Positions 37,318-51,228 of a DNA stretch of 64,000 nucleotides are shown piece after piece (within the stretch, counting starts at the first letter, position 1; each line of letters starts with the position of its first letter). Origin of the DNA: Utricularia gibba. Lineage: Eukaryota > Plantae > Magnoliophyta. Position numbers and translations under genes: made by a program. The stretch spans positions 806,001 through 870,000 of the forward strand of contig CM007991.1 of the NCBI GenBank assembly GCA_002189035.1, given 5' to 3'. The notes below the pieces were generated by a model. The model searched no databases. It worked only from the letters and a program-made list of their open reading frames with translations, and had not been told where the DNA came from.

Positions 37318-38866
37318 ATGGCGGCTCCGTGCATCTCATCTCCTGTGCATTCTCCCACGTCTTCGCTTCAATTGACCTCCAAATTCTCGGCGTCTCGATT
37401 CTTCTCGGTTTCTCTTCCTAATCATGGCTTCGTTTTCTCATCTGTAGCCCTCGGGCGTCGCTCGCCGATGGGGTACCGGCGGCGGCTGCCCAGCTTCACT
37501 GTCTGTGCTCTGAACAAGCTGTCGGAGACGGAATTGGTAGGCCTTTCCGATGGAGAAGGATTGCTTCCTTCTGATTCTGGAGTATACGCCGTTTACGACT
37601 CCACTGGCGATCTTCAGTTTGTGGGCATTACGAGGAATCTCGCAGCCAGCGTGGCTGCGCACAAGAAGTCTGTTCCCGAGCTCTGCTCCTCTGTGAAGGT
37701 ACTAATAATTGTACTACGTTATCTAGTCTATGAGCAACATTTTGTCTATGATTGATGACGTGCATGAATTGATTCTGCACCATGTTCGTTTTGATGGGTG
37801 TGATTGGTTTCCTCTTTTTCACAGTTTAGAGTTGGAATTATCTGCGTTTCGAGGATTGTAAATGGACCAATTTCCATTTGATGACGGTTTGAACTTTTCA
37901 GTCCATTTTTTGGTAGTTTTGAAACCTAAGCTAAGCTAAGCCACTTATTTGATAAAGACTTGGCTTTTAGTCTCTTGTTATGGCCTATCTTCATTCATGT
38001 CTGGGTATCTCACTCACCCACAGCACTTGCGTCATTGTGCATCTTTCTTAGATTTTGCAAAGTGGGAGCTCTTGTTGTAGATGATTTGTATCTACTTTTG
38101 GCATCTCTTTTTAGTGATGCCATTGCGCATGTAGCCTCTATTCCTTCTCATTGTTGCAGAGTTCAATGGGAAGCACAGCAGTAGCATTGGATCTTCAGCT
38201 TTTTTTTTTTCATCATAAGAATGATTGTTTGTGATGGAGTAGGCTTTTAAGGACTATAATTCAATAGAAACCTTATTGTTCTTCGAAGTGTCTTGTGTGA
38301 TGCGTGAGGGCTTGTCGCTCATGTTCCATTGTTGTCGACTTTCGATGATGCTTGGCATGCTGCAGGTAGGTGTGGTGGAAAACCCTGACAAAACAGCTCT
38401 AACCGAAGCATGGAAGTCATGGCTGCAAGAGCATATAGAAGCCACGGGCAAGGTTCCTCCTGGAAATCAACATGGAAACACAGTTTGGGTAAAGAAAACC
38501 CCCAAAAAGAAGTCTGATCTGAGACTCACACCCGGTCGCCATGTTGAGCTAACCATACCTTTGGAGGACCTCATCGACAAACTGGTTAAAGAGAGCAAAG
38601 TGGTGGCCTTCATCAAGGGCTCAAGAAATGCTCCATTATGCGGCTTTTCGCAGCGTGTCGTGGCGATCCTTGAAAACCAGGGGATAGACTACGAGAGCGT
38701 GGATGTGCTTGATGAAGAATACAACTACGGTTTGAGGGAGACGTTGAAGACATACAGCAACTGGCCTACCTTCCCTCAGATCTTCGTGAACGGTGAACTG
38801 GTTGGAGGGTGTGATATATTGACGTCCCTGTATGAGAAGGGCCAACTCAGTGATTTGTTGAAATAG
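37318..38866 (+). CDS. GRXS16: Chloroplast monothiol glutaredoxin S16 (GIY-YIG-like N-domain plus CGFS Grx), 2 exons
   Basis: Transit peptide, [21 protein letters not shown], intron 37699-38365, then [18 protein letters not shown]...[21 protein letters not shown]. Confidence 0.95.
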
Positions 38867-40129
38867 TGGGGTACAAAGAACAATAAAGTGAAACTTCATT
38901 CATGCTGCATACTTGTTTCAAGAGTTTCTTTTCTCGTGAAAATGTAATTTAACAAAACATTGGGGCTGTAAGTTGTAATTCCAAGATTTTATTTGAAATG
39001 TTTTAAAAACAATTTTATTATAAAAAAATGAGTAAATTCTATTTTGAAAAATGAGGAAATCTAAAATTATTTTTTATTTTTAAGAAATTGATAATTTAAA
39101 ATATTGGCTAGTTCTATTTCATTAGTTTCTTGAAGTTATTTGATTTAATTTATATAAATTTAGATTTTGAGATAAATTTTATAAATTATTAAATTGTTTT
39201 TAATAATAAAAAATATATTATTTAATTTTAGTATATTCCATAAATACATATATATATATATATATATATTACATTAAATTCTATAACTATTTTATCTATT
39301 AAACTTGATAATATATAATTTAAAATATTAAATTCTACAATATAATATTGTATTATCTCATAAAATAATTTTATAATTTTAAGACTGATTATATTATTAA
39401 TAATTTACGTACTTTCAAATTACAGAGCAGACGCAAACTGGAGTTGTAAGTTGTAATAAGGTGAAGAAAAAAAACACATATAGGTGTACACTAAAGTCCT
39501 GAAAGCAAGAAGGGGTCCACTCAAGCGGTGTCCGCGTGTCCCAGTCAAGTCAACGTAAATACTTACTGGAATGAAGGGACTCGTGGCTATATTTATTCAT
39601 TTTTTTAACAGATTTTAATGGAAAAATTAAAAGAAAACAAACCCACTTGACATCAAATGGGTTAATAACTAACCATCCCCATTGACCCGAAAGGCATCCC
39701 TCACCTACTCCAAAAAACAATTAATCGAAATTTATAATTAATTAATTATTTTTTCCCATTATACACATGCAAATAATAAGAATTAAAATCTGAAGCATTA
39801 ATAAAAATAATAATAATAATAACTGCTGGAGCCTGGAGCACAAAAGAGGGCAGAATCAGGCAGGCATGAATGCAGATGGGCGGGTAATCTTGTCGGCTTC
39901 TTTACCAAACCTGGATGATTTGTCTGTAACGTATGCGTGATGTTCAGATGCTCACTTACAGACTACGGAGGGAGAGGGCCCTCCCCTCTACGAAGCCCCC
40001 GGGAGTAGTAATAACGCACGCCCATTTCTTTTAGTACAACGGAAGCCACCTTCTTCTTCCCGGACGTGCCTGAGTCCGGCGTCTCTCACCCTTCCTGCGC
40101 TTCATCTCTTTCTCTCGGTGCCCCTCCCC

Positions 40130-43100
40130 ATGTTCGCGAAGCGTCTGCTAGAGAAGAAAACCGTCGGGCGTCAACAACAAGTCGTCGCTACTTTGATCTT
40201 CTCTTTTTTTTCTTTTCCGGGTGTCTTATTTGTTCTCTCTTCTGGTTTCAGTTTCAAGAAGGGGAGGTGTTGGCGCCCGGCGACGTTGATATCCGGATAG
40301 ACGCGCACTACGGTGTTCCCTCGACGGGCGCGATCCTTGCCTTCGATCCCATCCAGCGGGTACTCGCCATCGCCACATCGTAAGAGTTGCTTTCGCAGTA
40401 TAACCGTACGGTATCATACACACTGCAACTTTACCGGAACTCGACAACCTGTAAGTTTGTGGTTGGGCGTATCCACGTCCCTGTATGGAGGCAAGTTGGT
40501 CCCCATACAGAGGGAGCCTTGAAAAATGGACCTTCAAATAATTGCATTAAATTAAATGAAGTAAAATACAAAAAAGACAAATGGTGCTGTTTATTGTTGT
40601 CATTTCTTTGGACTTTGGATTTTGGAGTAGATAGTTTTTTCAGGGTTTTGTATGTTTTATATGGGCAAAATAAGCGTCACTTATAAATAAAAGGAAACTG
40701 TGTATCTTCAAACATTTGTTTTCCCTCAGAGTTGTTTTATTGATTTTGTTAATGTGATAGTTGTGGGAGACTGAGATTGTTTACATTTGCTTCTTTATAG
40801 CGAAATACTATTCTGTTGATATTCGATGTATTCTGTCATTATGATTTTTATGGTGTATTTCCAATTGACATAATGAAATGTGGATATCCAACCATTTCAA
40901 CATTATACACTCTCTTGATCGTAATGATGATCTTTTGTGCAGTGATGGTAGAATAAAGCTGATTGGTGGTGATAGCATTGAAGGGCTTTTGGTGTCCCCA
41001 AGGCTTTGCCCATACAAGTACTTGGAGGTTAGTCTATTTTCTATCTGAATCAGAGCATGGCCATTTTTGTGTGAGTATGTTTTCTTTTTCATTCCCAGTT
41101 TCTTCAGAATCAAGGGTTCTTAGTCAGCATCACAGAGACCAATTACATTGAGGTGGGTGGGTTCCTTTTTGCTTGTTTTCATAGTTATTTCATAATATCT
41201 CGAATGCTCTCCTCATTCCTCTGTTTGTGCTGTGAATGTGATTGTGCTAATCCCACGTTGAAATCCAACTACAGAGCTTGCGTTTATCAAAAGTGCTGAA
41301 GGTTTGAGTTCCTTTGCAACAGGTTTGGGATCTCACTCAGAGATTGTTAACTTGCAGTTTGAGATGGGAATCGAACATAACTGCGTTTTCTGCAGTCAGT
41401 GGCTCTCTGTTTATGTATGAACCGATATCCATGATCATGAAGGTGGGTTTTGTTGGTGGTTTTTATGACTTGCTCATTTTCTTACTCAGGTATGTTGGTG
41501 ATGATCATGGGTTGGTGTCTGTCGTTAAGTATGATTCTGGAATTGAAGAGCTTTTGCAATTTCCGTATAAACTGCCATCAGAGTCACTCGCTGGTGAGTA
41601 CTGCAAAAGGAGTTACCCATTAGCAGAACCTCTTTGATTTTTCCGCTGCAGCAGGACTAGCTTCTAGTTGATTGATTTTTCTTGATTTTCCTCCTTAAAA
41701 CCTCTCCATCGAGTCCATTAAACAGAGAAGTTCGTGTGTTTATTGTACAGAAGCTACTGGGATTTCCAACTCAAAACATCAATCTGTCGTCAGGCTGCTT
41801 CCTCAGCCCGGCACCTTCAGAAATAGGCAAGCTAGAAGTACCCTTTTCACTCATTCTCTATATATATCTCTTGACGAATACTGTAACAAAGTTGAATAAG
41901 TCTCTCAAAACAACATCGCTCATTGAGACAGATGCAGGAATCTACAAAGAAAGGAAGATGGTGACCATTACAATAACTTAAATCTCTGCTTACAATGAAA
42001 ATCTTGACTCCAAAAACTTATTCATGTAATAGGATATTGATAGCGTATAGAAGTGGACTGATCGTACTTTGGGATTTGGAGGAGTCACGTTCGGCTGTGC
42101 ATCTCAGTCATAAAGACCTTCACTTGAAACACAGAGTAGTTATTCCTAAGCATGACGCAGATGACATCATTCTCAATGATGTATCCTGCTTTGACTTGGA
42201 GAGAAAGGAAATCACTTCTCTTTGCTGGGTATCGAGGGATGGATCCATTCTTGCTGTTGGATATGCAGATGGAGATGTACTTTTATGGGATTTGTCGAAA
42301 AGTTCTTCAGCTGGAAAACAATTGCTGTCGTCAAATATTTGCAAGTTACGGTTATTCTCCTCCCAGAAGAGGTCTCCAGTCATCTCTTTGGTATGGTTAG
42401 ATAACAGTAAATCTTCTAACCATGAAGGTGAACTTTTTGTGTGTGGAGGTGATGGACAAGGCCGTCAAGAAGTTATTACAGTGAGTTACTGCCATTATTC
42501 CTTCACGTAATCCTCTTTACTATCACTTAAGTATAGTGAATACGCATATGAGGAACATATTCTGCATTTGTTAATTGTGCATTAACATCTTGATATCCTT
42601 ACTTTCATTGCCCTGAGACACCAAAAAGCCCCAGCCTGGTTTCAAATCCTGCTAGTTATTTGATCCATCTTTCTACTCTTCCGGTTTTAGGTTCTAAATC
42701 TTGAATGGTCGTCCATACTGAAAGATATCCGGTGTAAAGGCCGTAAAGAACAATCACTCATGGGGCCCTTTGCTGATATGAAGTTGATCACATCATCTAG
42801 CACAGAACCATCTGCTGCTACAGATTCATCTCTGTTTGTATTGTTGAAGCCGGGGTGCCTTCATATTTATGACACTAGCAGCCTCTGGACCCTAAATTCT
42901 ATATCCAGGAGTGAGCCACATGTGCATTTTATAAATTTCCCTTCTGTCATACCTACAGTTGATCCTGTGATGACAGTAGCAAAATGTTGTTATTTCTATG
43001 GAAGCATTTGTGAGGTATACTTCTGCCTTTCAATTCCTTTTATTTGTTCTTTGTCTTCTTTCTTAAATAACTGGAAATGAGGCATTTTGTAGATGTTTTC

Positions 43101-45992
43101 TGTGCAACCAGCATTGACCGTGCTTGGACATAAAAAGTGGCCTGTGACTGGGGGCGTGAGTAATGACAGAATTCCAAGCAAAAATAAGATTCTGAGACTG
43201 TATGCAGCTGGCTATAAAGATGGATCAGTTCGAATATGGGATACCACTCGTCCTGTTTTTCAACTCTCCTGTGTTTTAAGCAATAAGGTAATGGAAATGA
43301 TGTTGCAGAAATCATTCCCTTAGATCAGGAAGATTAGCTAATGTTACCACCAAGATTAATTTGTATAGTAATGAATGTCAGGTTGAGTTCGGGAGTCTTG
43401 TTGATTCCAGGGCTTCACCAGTAGCAGCACTTGATTTATGCTCTTCCACTTCATCATTAGCTGTCGGGAGAGAATGTGGTCTGGTTAGAAACGCTTGGAT
43501 GAATATGTGCATCAAGAAGACGTTGATTTAATTCCTTAGTTATTGTATGCAGGTTCAGTTGTATGATCTTTCCGGTAGTGATGACACAAGATGTTATTTT
43601 GTTTCGGAAAGTCGAAAAGAAGGTGTTTTTCTTCTGTTCAAGGCACTTGTTTTTAGATCATATGGCATTTGCAAAACTCATTGATAATTTTCTTTCAGTT
43701 TGCCGCTCTGTTAAAGATACAAAAGGCCCTACTTGCAGAGCCATTTTCAAGATTCAATTATCAAGTGTCCGGACACTGAAATTCACAGATGAAGGTTCCA
43801 AACTTGTGGTTGGATATGGATGCTCTCGCGTATGTGGTCATCTTCTGTTCAGTATCTCTTGTATTTCTTTTCATATCATGAGCTACGTGTGCTCATGGCT
43901 TTCTTGGTATTTGCTTCTCAGATTGCATTGCTGGACATGAGCTCATATGCGGTTATATTTTTGAAAGAACCAATATCAAATTCTCCAGTGGTATCAGTTC
44001 TCTGGAAAGACTTTGTCAGCGAATCTTCTAAAATCAGCAGGGGAGAACTCATACTCATGTTAACCATGGATGCAAGTTTTTGTGTCATTGATGGTTATAA
44101 TGGTAACACAGTACAGCAAAGGAAGAAGCCTAATGCAGTTTCAATGCACGTTATAGGCAAGTATCTTTCCTGTTAACTCCATTGCGATTATCAGATTTGT
44201 ATTCATTATCTTGTTTCATTTCAGAAAGTCACTCTCTGGATAGCAGCAACACCTCTGTTCCAAATTTAAAGGATTTGCATGTCTTACTCTCTTGCAAAGA
44301 TTCTTTGCGCCTCTACTCTGCTAGGTGTTTGATGCAGGTGAGTGGCTTATCCTTCTTTACTTTTTTGGGGGATACTCTTTCACAAAATACATCTTTTTAT
44401 CAGGCAGCAAGCAAATCTATTCACAAGGTGAAGCTTTCCAAACCCTGTTGCTGGACTGGCTATTTCAGGAAAGATGAAATGGTTGGTGGATTAGTTGTAT
44501 TTTATCAGACAGGGGAACTGGGAATCAGGTAAGTCACTTCAGTTCGAGTTATCAATCAAGTAGTTGTCGAAACTGTCGCCCGCTTGTGACTGCACTGCAG
44601 ATCTCTGCCTAATCTAGAAGGGTTGAGGGAATTCCCCTTAATGTTGAACTCGAGATGGAACTTCAATTGGATTCCAGAGATGGAGAAGCTCATTACCTCC
44701 ACAGAGGAAGGAGATGTTGTACTGGTAATCATGCAACCATTTTTACTGCTTTGGAAGAGTGATCCTTCACATTCTAGTGAATTTTCGAAGGCAAGATGAC
44801 AACATCTTTGTTGTTGTTCAATGGCACAGGCAAATGGCTCTGAAGTGGTGTTTATCTCTGTGCTGGATGGTGAAAATGCTTTCAGGTTCCTGTTCTTTAT
44901 GCAGTTCATTTCCTGCCTGTCATTTATTTGGAGCTTTAGACAGAATTGATTCTATATATGCAGAATCCCAGAGCTTCTTCCAAGCTTTCATGATCCAGTG
45001 CTTGAAGCCACTGCCAGTTCTGCTACTTCGGCTGCTGTATCTGCTCCAAAGAAAAAACAGGTTCCCTGCCCAGTTCGTTTTTTCTTTTCTCCAACAAGAG
45101 ACACAGGACACATATCTTGACTATATTCCATGTTCATCAGGTTCGAAAACCTGGGATCATGGGTGCTATAAAAGGGCTTAAAGCAAGAAAACCATCCAAG
45201 CACATTGAAAATGAATGTGATCCTAACACAAGTTGCAGTCAGCTAGATGACATCTTCGCCAGGAATCCATTTCCAGAGTCATCAGGAAGGCACCCTCCTG
45301 AACTCAGCATAGGTCTAACTCCTTTCCACTGTACTCCTCTTACTATATATATGCAATGAGTAGTCTTATTGAGCAGCACTTAACATGTTTTTAGATGACA
45401 TTGAAATCGACGAACCGATGAATTTGGAGTGCTCATCATCAACAGGAACAGGCAAGAGAAGGAAAGGTGAGTTGATGCTTGCTTTTTATACTCTTGCTTG
45501 CTGTGCAGCATGGTCAAATACCCGGGCCAACTTGTAGGGAAGAAGAGTAAGAGTGAAAATATGGTGACTCAGAGAGTTGTTGAGCCGTCCATGCCCAGAG
45601 TGAGGACTCAGGAAGAGATCCTTGCTAAGTACAGGCAGTCCGGGGTGAGCAACACACACTCGACACAGACATTTCAATCTTTTCTCAAACTACGTGATAG
45701 ATGAAGATTTCAACACTCATTTGTTGTGAACACCAGGAAGTCTCATCTGTGGCTGGAGATACAAGAAACAAGCTCATTGAGCGCCATGAAAAACTAGAGG
45801 TTTGGTAGTGTTTGAAAATGGGAAGCCATGCTTGCCTATTCGATATGGGATATCACCAACTTCTGTTTGTTTTTGTTTTTTCAGAAAATCAATAAAAGAA
45901 GCGAAGACCTACGGAGTAGTGCTGCGGAGTTCTCATCAATGGCGGATGATCTTGTCAAGGTGCTGGAGAATAGAAAGTGGTATCACTTATAG
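40130..45992 (+). CDS. Tomosyn / lethal giant larvae-like WD40 protein with C-terminal R-SNARE-like motif
   Basis: MFAKRLLEK, HYGVPSTGAILAFDPIQRVLAIAT.DGRIKLIGGDSIEGLL, LYAAGYKDGSVRIWD, RTQEEILAKYR and KLIERHEKLEKINKRSEDLRSSAAEFSSMA...ENRKWYHL*. Confidence 0.9.
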
Positions 45993-46537
45993 CAAGCCGT
46001 CACCTCCAACAAAACACATGTTCAGACTAATAACATACCTTCCATATATACGAATGAAATAAACTATCTAAATATGAAGCACAGGCAAGAAGAAAGTCAT
46101 GCACCATCTCCTTCAAAAGATGGTTTTTTTTTTCTTTCTTCGAGTTGGGTTTTTGTTTTTCTTCGACGGGTTGGTTGCTTTTAGGGATAACTTCTGAACT
46201 ACCAGCCGATAACCTTGAAAAGCAAAAGGAGCTGTTCATATTTGAACCCCGGGAATCAACTTTTTTCCCAAACTCTGACTTCGATTAGTCATTCTCACTC
46301 CACCAGCACTGCACGTTTGTGACATTCAACTACTTTAACTTCTCAATACAATTAAAAACGTGTACCAGATATCTGATAAGATTAGTAGGGTTATCAGATG
46401 GAGAACTATGAATTTAGATAATTGTGTTAGCTACATCAAGATTACTGTTTTGGGTAGTTCTTTTTTGTACATCAGACTGATCAGAGCAACGAATCCTTTC
46501 TTTATCAATGAATCCACAAAAAGGAAAGAACCCTTTG

Positions 46538-47476
46538 TCACAATGCATCATCTCTTTGAAGCTTGTCAAGAAGAGCTGAAATTAGGGCATCCCTTTTCTC
46601 ATTTCTGGCTTCTTCCCTAGCTCTCAGTTCATCCTCTTTCTGCCTCCATCTTTTCATTATCATCACCCTTTCGTTTTCCAAAGCCTCCATCCTTAGCCTC
46701 CACTCCATCTCTTTGGCCCTTCTTTCCTCTTCTCTCGCATCATAAGCATTCATCATTTGCATTTCCATTTCCATTTGCTGCTTCAAGAAGTCCTCCATGA
46801 TCTCTTTCACACTGTTAATCAGCCAACCCGAAGAGCTTTCTCTTTCGCTTGAGTTTAAACCCACATTCGCCTTCTCTTTTGCTTTCCTTTTCTTTCTTAG
46901 GGCACTGCTGCTTCCTCCTCCCCTTTCAGCATCGCTCTCATCGTTTTCCGATGACAACCGGTCAGCTCCCGGCTTCTTCGTTCCCTCGGCGTCATCCAAC
47001 CACATCACACGCTGCATTCGAGCTTCAAAAATAGCTTCCAAGTCACTGTAGAACGGGAAATGCTGCCTCGTCTCTTCTTCACCCATGGCTCCGCAACCCT
47101 ACCCAGAGAAAGCACACAAGATCAGTTCTGAGTAAAAACAGTAAAACCTGCATGCAATTGAAGATAAATTTGAAAAAAAATGTTTTTAAAATAATAAACA
47201 ATATTCAAGTAATTTAGAAATTACCCTGTAGCGAGTAACAAGGTTTTTCCATTTGCATTTGCACTGATCAGGGTTTCTGCTGTATCCCTTCTCCTTCATC
47301 CTGGTTGAGACGACTTCCCAGAGTATCTTATTACGCTTCGTCTCCATGAAAGTGGGATCCAGCTCCGCCCGGATCGCCAGAAACTCTCGGGTCTCCTTCA
47401 TGCTCCACTGGGGGAGCCTCTCGCCGGAGCTTCTCTCTACGTCGGCGCTTTGCGAGTACTGCTCGCCACGATACAT
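46538..47476 (-). CDS. GT-3: Trihelix transcription factor GT-3a/3b-like, 2 exons
   Basis: ERLPQWSMKETREFLAIRAELD...KRNKILWEVV...RNPDQCKCKWKNLVTRY, intron 47224-47099, FPFYSDLEAIFEARMQR, and a C-terminal coiled coil (REEERRAKEMEWR). Confidence 0.92.
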
Positions 47477-47811
47477 AAATAAAATCGACCCAGATGAGGA
47501 CTGAATCTCCAAAGAAACTTCAGGAGAAGAGAGAAGGGAATATATACCCTTTAGGGCAGCAGTGGGAACGGAGAGCGCTTCGTTTGAATGCTCTTTGTTT
47601 GACCTGAGAGAGAGAGTAGTTTGAAAACGTAGTGTGGACGCTTGAATTTCTGCCAACGAAAAGGAAGCTGGGCATAAGGTGAAGTTTCTGTCTTGTCCTT
47701 GTTATTCCTAAATATTTTTAATAAAATAAATTTAAAAAACAATAAATATTTCTAGATTTCATTTTTTTTTCGTATTTATTAATAAAAATATTAAGATTGC
47801 TTATCGTCATG

Positions 47812-48312
47812 TAGGGGTGGGTACGAGTCAATATAAAAATTGTATCTAGATGGATATTGATTGACATACTAGACTTGTTCTTAATCATAAATTGATTCAG
47901 ATTATTATATAATTTATATATATTAATATAAATTTAACTTAATTCGTACGTTATAAATTCAACTGATTAGACTATTTAATTCATTTGATAAAAAAACATA
48001 ATTTTTAATTATTAGGCTACATTTAAGGCTCAATCAATTTTAACTCATCAAATTTATGAATGATTTAGGAGAATATTCTATATCAAAACGGTGTGTGAAA
48101 AAAGTATCTATGCTATGTGTAATTTTTTGTATGTGGTATATGAAAGATAAATGGGAAATCAGTACTTTTATAAAAAAACCCTAAATTTACCCGTACCCAT
48201 ATATTATGGGCTCAAATCATAATCGTCTTTTATAGTTACAGTTAATGGGTCCAATCCGTGACAGGTGAATTCGGTGGATATCCGAGTTGATAGACATCCA
48301 TGTCCACCTCTA
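47812..48312. mobile_element. hAT-derived non-autonomous element (MITE), about 500 bp
   Basis: Termini TAGGGGTGG (47812) and CCACCTCTA (ends 48312), with internal ACCCGTACCC/GGATATCCG subterminal-type motifs. The 8-bp flanks TCGTCATG and CAACCATG match at only 4 of 8 positions. Confidence 0.45.
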
Positions 48313-48329
48313 CAACCATGCACAATCAA

Positions 48330-48520
48330 GGGTATATTTGGTATGCATTATTAATAATATTTTGATTTTTAATAAATGTTATTTGATAACTATTTTTATG
48401 AAGAGAGCTTCAAAAATTGTATTTAGATAAAGTAAAGAGGGAGAGAGAGAGAGAGAGAGAGATCTTATTGAATTTTTTTTTTAATTTATTGTAATAATTA
48501 CTAAATACTAAATACACACT
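48330..48520. mobile_element. Possible degenerate Tourist-like MITE containing a (GA)n tract
   Basis: GGGTATATTTGGTATGCATTATTAATAA is loosely mirrored by TTATTGTAATAATTACTAAATACTAAATACACACT. (GA)n at about 48441-48461. Confidence 0.3.
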
Positions 48521-48865
48521 ATAATACTTTAAAAAAAGGCAGCATATTTAATCAAAAATATTTTTATCATTTATAATTTTAGGGCAAAATCAAGAATACA
48601 TATGACGTAAATCAGAGCAATGCTTTCGGACAGGAAAATTTTTTCGAGTGAAATCATAATAAAATTAAAATATTCTATTTGCCTTTAACCGATGTGGTAC
48701 GGAAGTGGAGAGGAATGTACTTACAAAATAAGTCAACAACAATCATCATAAACACTCCTTCATCTAAAAAGAAGATTCAACAAGAAAAGGCCTTAGGATT
48801 GAATCTCATAGAAGTGATAACCTAAAAGGGGAAGGTGAAAAAAGCATAATTACCAGGCTCCACGG

Positions 48866-50520
48866 TCAGGAAGAAGGTCCTAATAACCGCTTAATGCCTG
48901 TTTTCTGCTCTGTGCTAAGCCTGCTCGGGAACTTGATGTTGAACTTGATTCTGAGGTTACCCTTTTGGCCTGGATCCTTGGATATTGGCATTCCCTCCCC
49001 TTTCACAACTTCTTCGTAGGTAGGACTCACGATATTGGTGATGGGTATCGTGAGGCTCCGGCCGTCCAGGGCTGTCACTTGGGCGGTAAAGCCGGTGAGG
49101 CTTTCAGATAAAGTGATCTGCTGGGTGGTAACCAGATCATTGCCATCTCTCTTGAACACTGGATGAGGCTTTTCATCGATGATGAAAACTAGATCAGACG
49201 GTATGACACCTCGTTGCTCGTTTCCTTTCTCTGGGAAAGTGATTTTGGTTCCCTTCTTCCAACCTGGTTTGATGGTTATCGTGAGGATCTCTTCCACTGA
49301 CGCTGGCCGCCTGCCAAAGAGAGAGAACAGTAACTTAGATGTGTCAAGCAGAGAACCACAGAACCGCTTGTTAATTAGTGTTTAGGGTGTTCTGATTGTC
49401 AGCGCACTTCCTGTGAGTGCTACCATCTCTAGTTGAGAAAAACAGGGTTAGCAAGCAAATGCAATGTGGATAAGTAGTAGCTTATCGTTCTCAAAAGGAA
49501 GATGAATCCTAAATTTCAGATTTGCAATGACACTAGCATCACAAGAAAAAACAGATACACAATTCATCATTAGTCTTCTCAGTATCACATATCTTCTTTC
49601 TCCCAGAACTAACAACATTTGAAGCTACATTGGCATGTGGATAGAGAGGAAGGTGCATCAAGGTAGCATTTGGGATCTCCTATTACACATCATTGACAGA
49701 AAAAAATGCTTAATTTTTCGGACTACTTGTGTTAGCTTTTTTCACAGAAAGAAACCTGCTCAACAGAACGTATGCATGGTGAACCGCTTAAGCCCCACAT
49801 TTCCACTCATGTAAGTGGCATACCACTGCACAACTTTATTTAAAGGAAAAAGTAAGTGATTGTGTGAATAAAACTTGAAGATAGAAACTTTTACCCACTA
49901 GCATCAATAACATCCCGCGAAATCTTCATTTTTTTCGAAGCACCCTTGTATAATTCTTCCAAACTACAAAGCAATATCGAATCGATAGGCGCAGCCTTCC
50001 GCGGTGGCATACTGTTGGAGGTTCCTTCCCCTCCAAACCTATTAAAACCAGATGGACCTGCTCTTGGCACACGAGGCATATCACCCATCCCTCCTCCAGA
50101 TGAACTTTGAAAACCAAAGAACTCAGCGAAAATGTCTTCAGCGCTACGGCGACTAAAACCGAAACCACTGCTTCCCCCTCCATCCGTAAATCCAGATGGA
50201 CCCGGAGGTGGAACCTGCCCCTTCAGTCCCTCCTCTCCATACTGATCATAAATCGCTCGCTTTTGGGGTCACTCAAAACCTAAAAACAAACAAAATTTCT
50301 CAAAACCCAGACTCAAAATACAACCATAAAGCCAAAAAGAGGACGAATCCCTTACGTCATAGGCCTCTGATACTTGCTTGAATTTCGCTTCAGCGGCTTT
50401 CTTGTTATCAGGATTCTTATCGGGGTGCCATTTCATTGCGAGTTTGCGGTACGCTTTCTTGAGATCATCATCACTGGAGGAACGCTCCACCTGAAGAATC
50501 TTGTAGTAGTCGACGCCCAT
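48866..50520 (-). CDS. Class II (DNAJB) J-domain co-chaperone, 3 exons, one 1-nt frameshift
   Basis: [11 protein letters not shown]...KWHPDKNP (HPD), [21 protein letters not shown] after one added C at 50265-50268, a G/F-rich linker, [11 protein letters not shown] and [17 protein letters not shown]...[13 protein letters not shown]. Confidence 0.92.
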
Positions 50521-51228
50521 TGCAAAGGCCTTTTGTGTTCTTCCGACTGCGCAATCACGAATCAGACATCAAAATTCAATATGAATTGCTCTCGCCCCGT
50601 AGCAACGACCCCCAATCCACCATCAATCAACGTTCCATCAGCAGCCAGCCCTAACCTAAACTATCTCTTTTCCCCAACGAAATTCGTTGGACCCTCCGGC
50701 CATGTCAGTAAATTGGGCCTTCACTCCGCCCCTGTAAAAACTCCAACCGTCTCAACTTGTTTTTTAAAAAATAAATAAATAAATATTTTTTGTTATAAAA
50801 ATAAATAGTTAACCTATTTCAAAATATTAAAAATTAGGAAAAATGATGAAACAAGATATATTTTTTTTAAAAAAATTAATTAATTTATATAACCTCTTTT
50901 TATAATATCAAAATATATCATAATTTTAATCTCTATTCTATTTAATTACATTTTTAAGTTTTTATCTATTCAAAAGTTATTAGTTTGTGTAATCCAAATA
51001 ATATATTTAAAAAATGATATTGGATTAATATTATTTATTAATAATATGATAAAAAAATTTCAATAATTTTATATTATTTTAATCTATTAAATAAATTAAC
51101 TATTTTTTATTTCATAAACTATATTTTATATCATTTTTTAATAATGAACATCTAATTTAATTGAATTATTCATTATTTATTTGATTAAAAATTTAAATAA
51201 GATATTATTTGGCATTAGACATTAAAGA

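Noticed and set aside
37560-37660. GIY-YIG-like motif suggesting a homing endonuclease or mobile element
   Set aside because: It is the known N-terminal domain of GRXS16.
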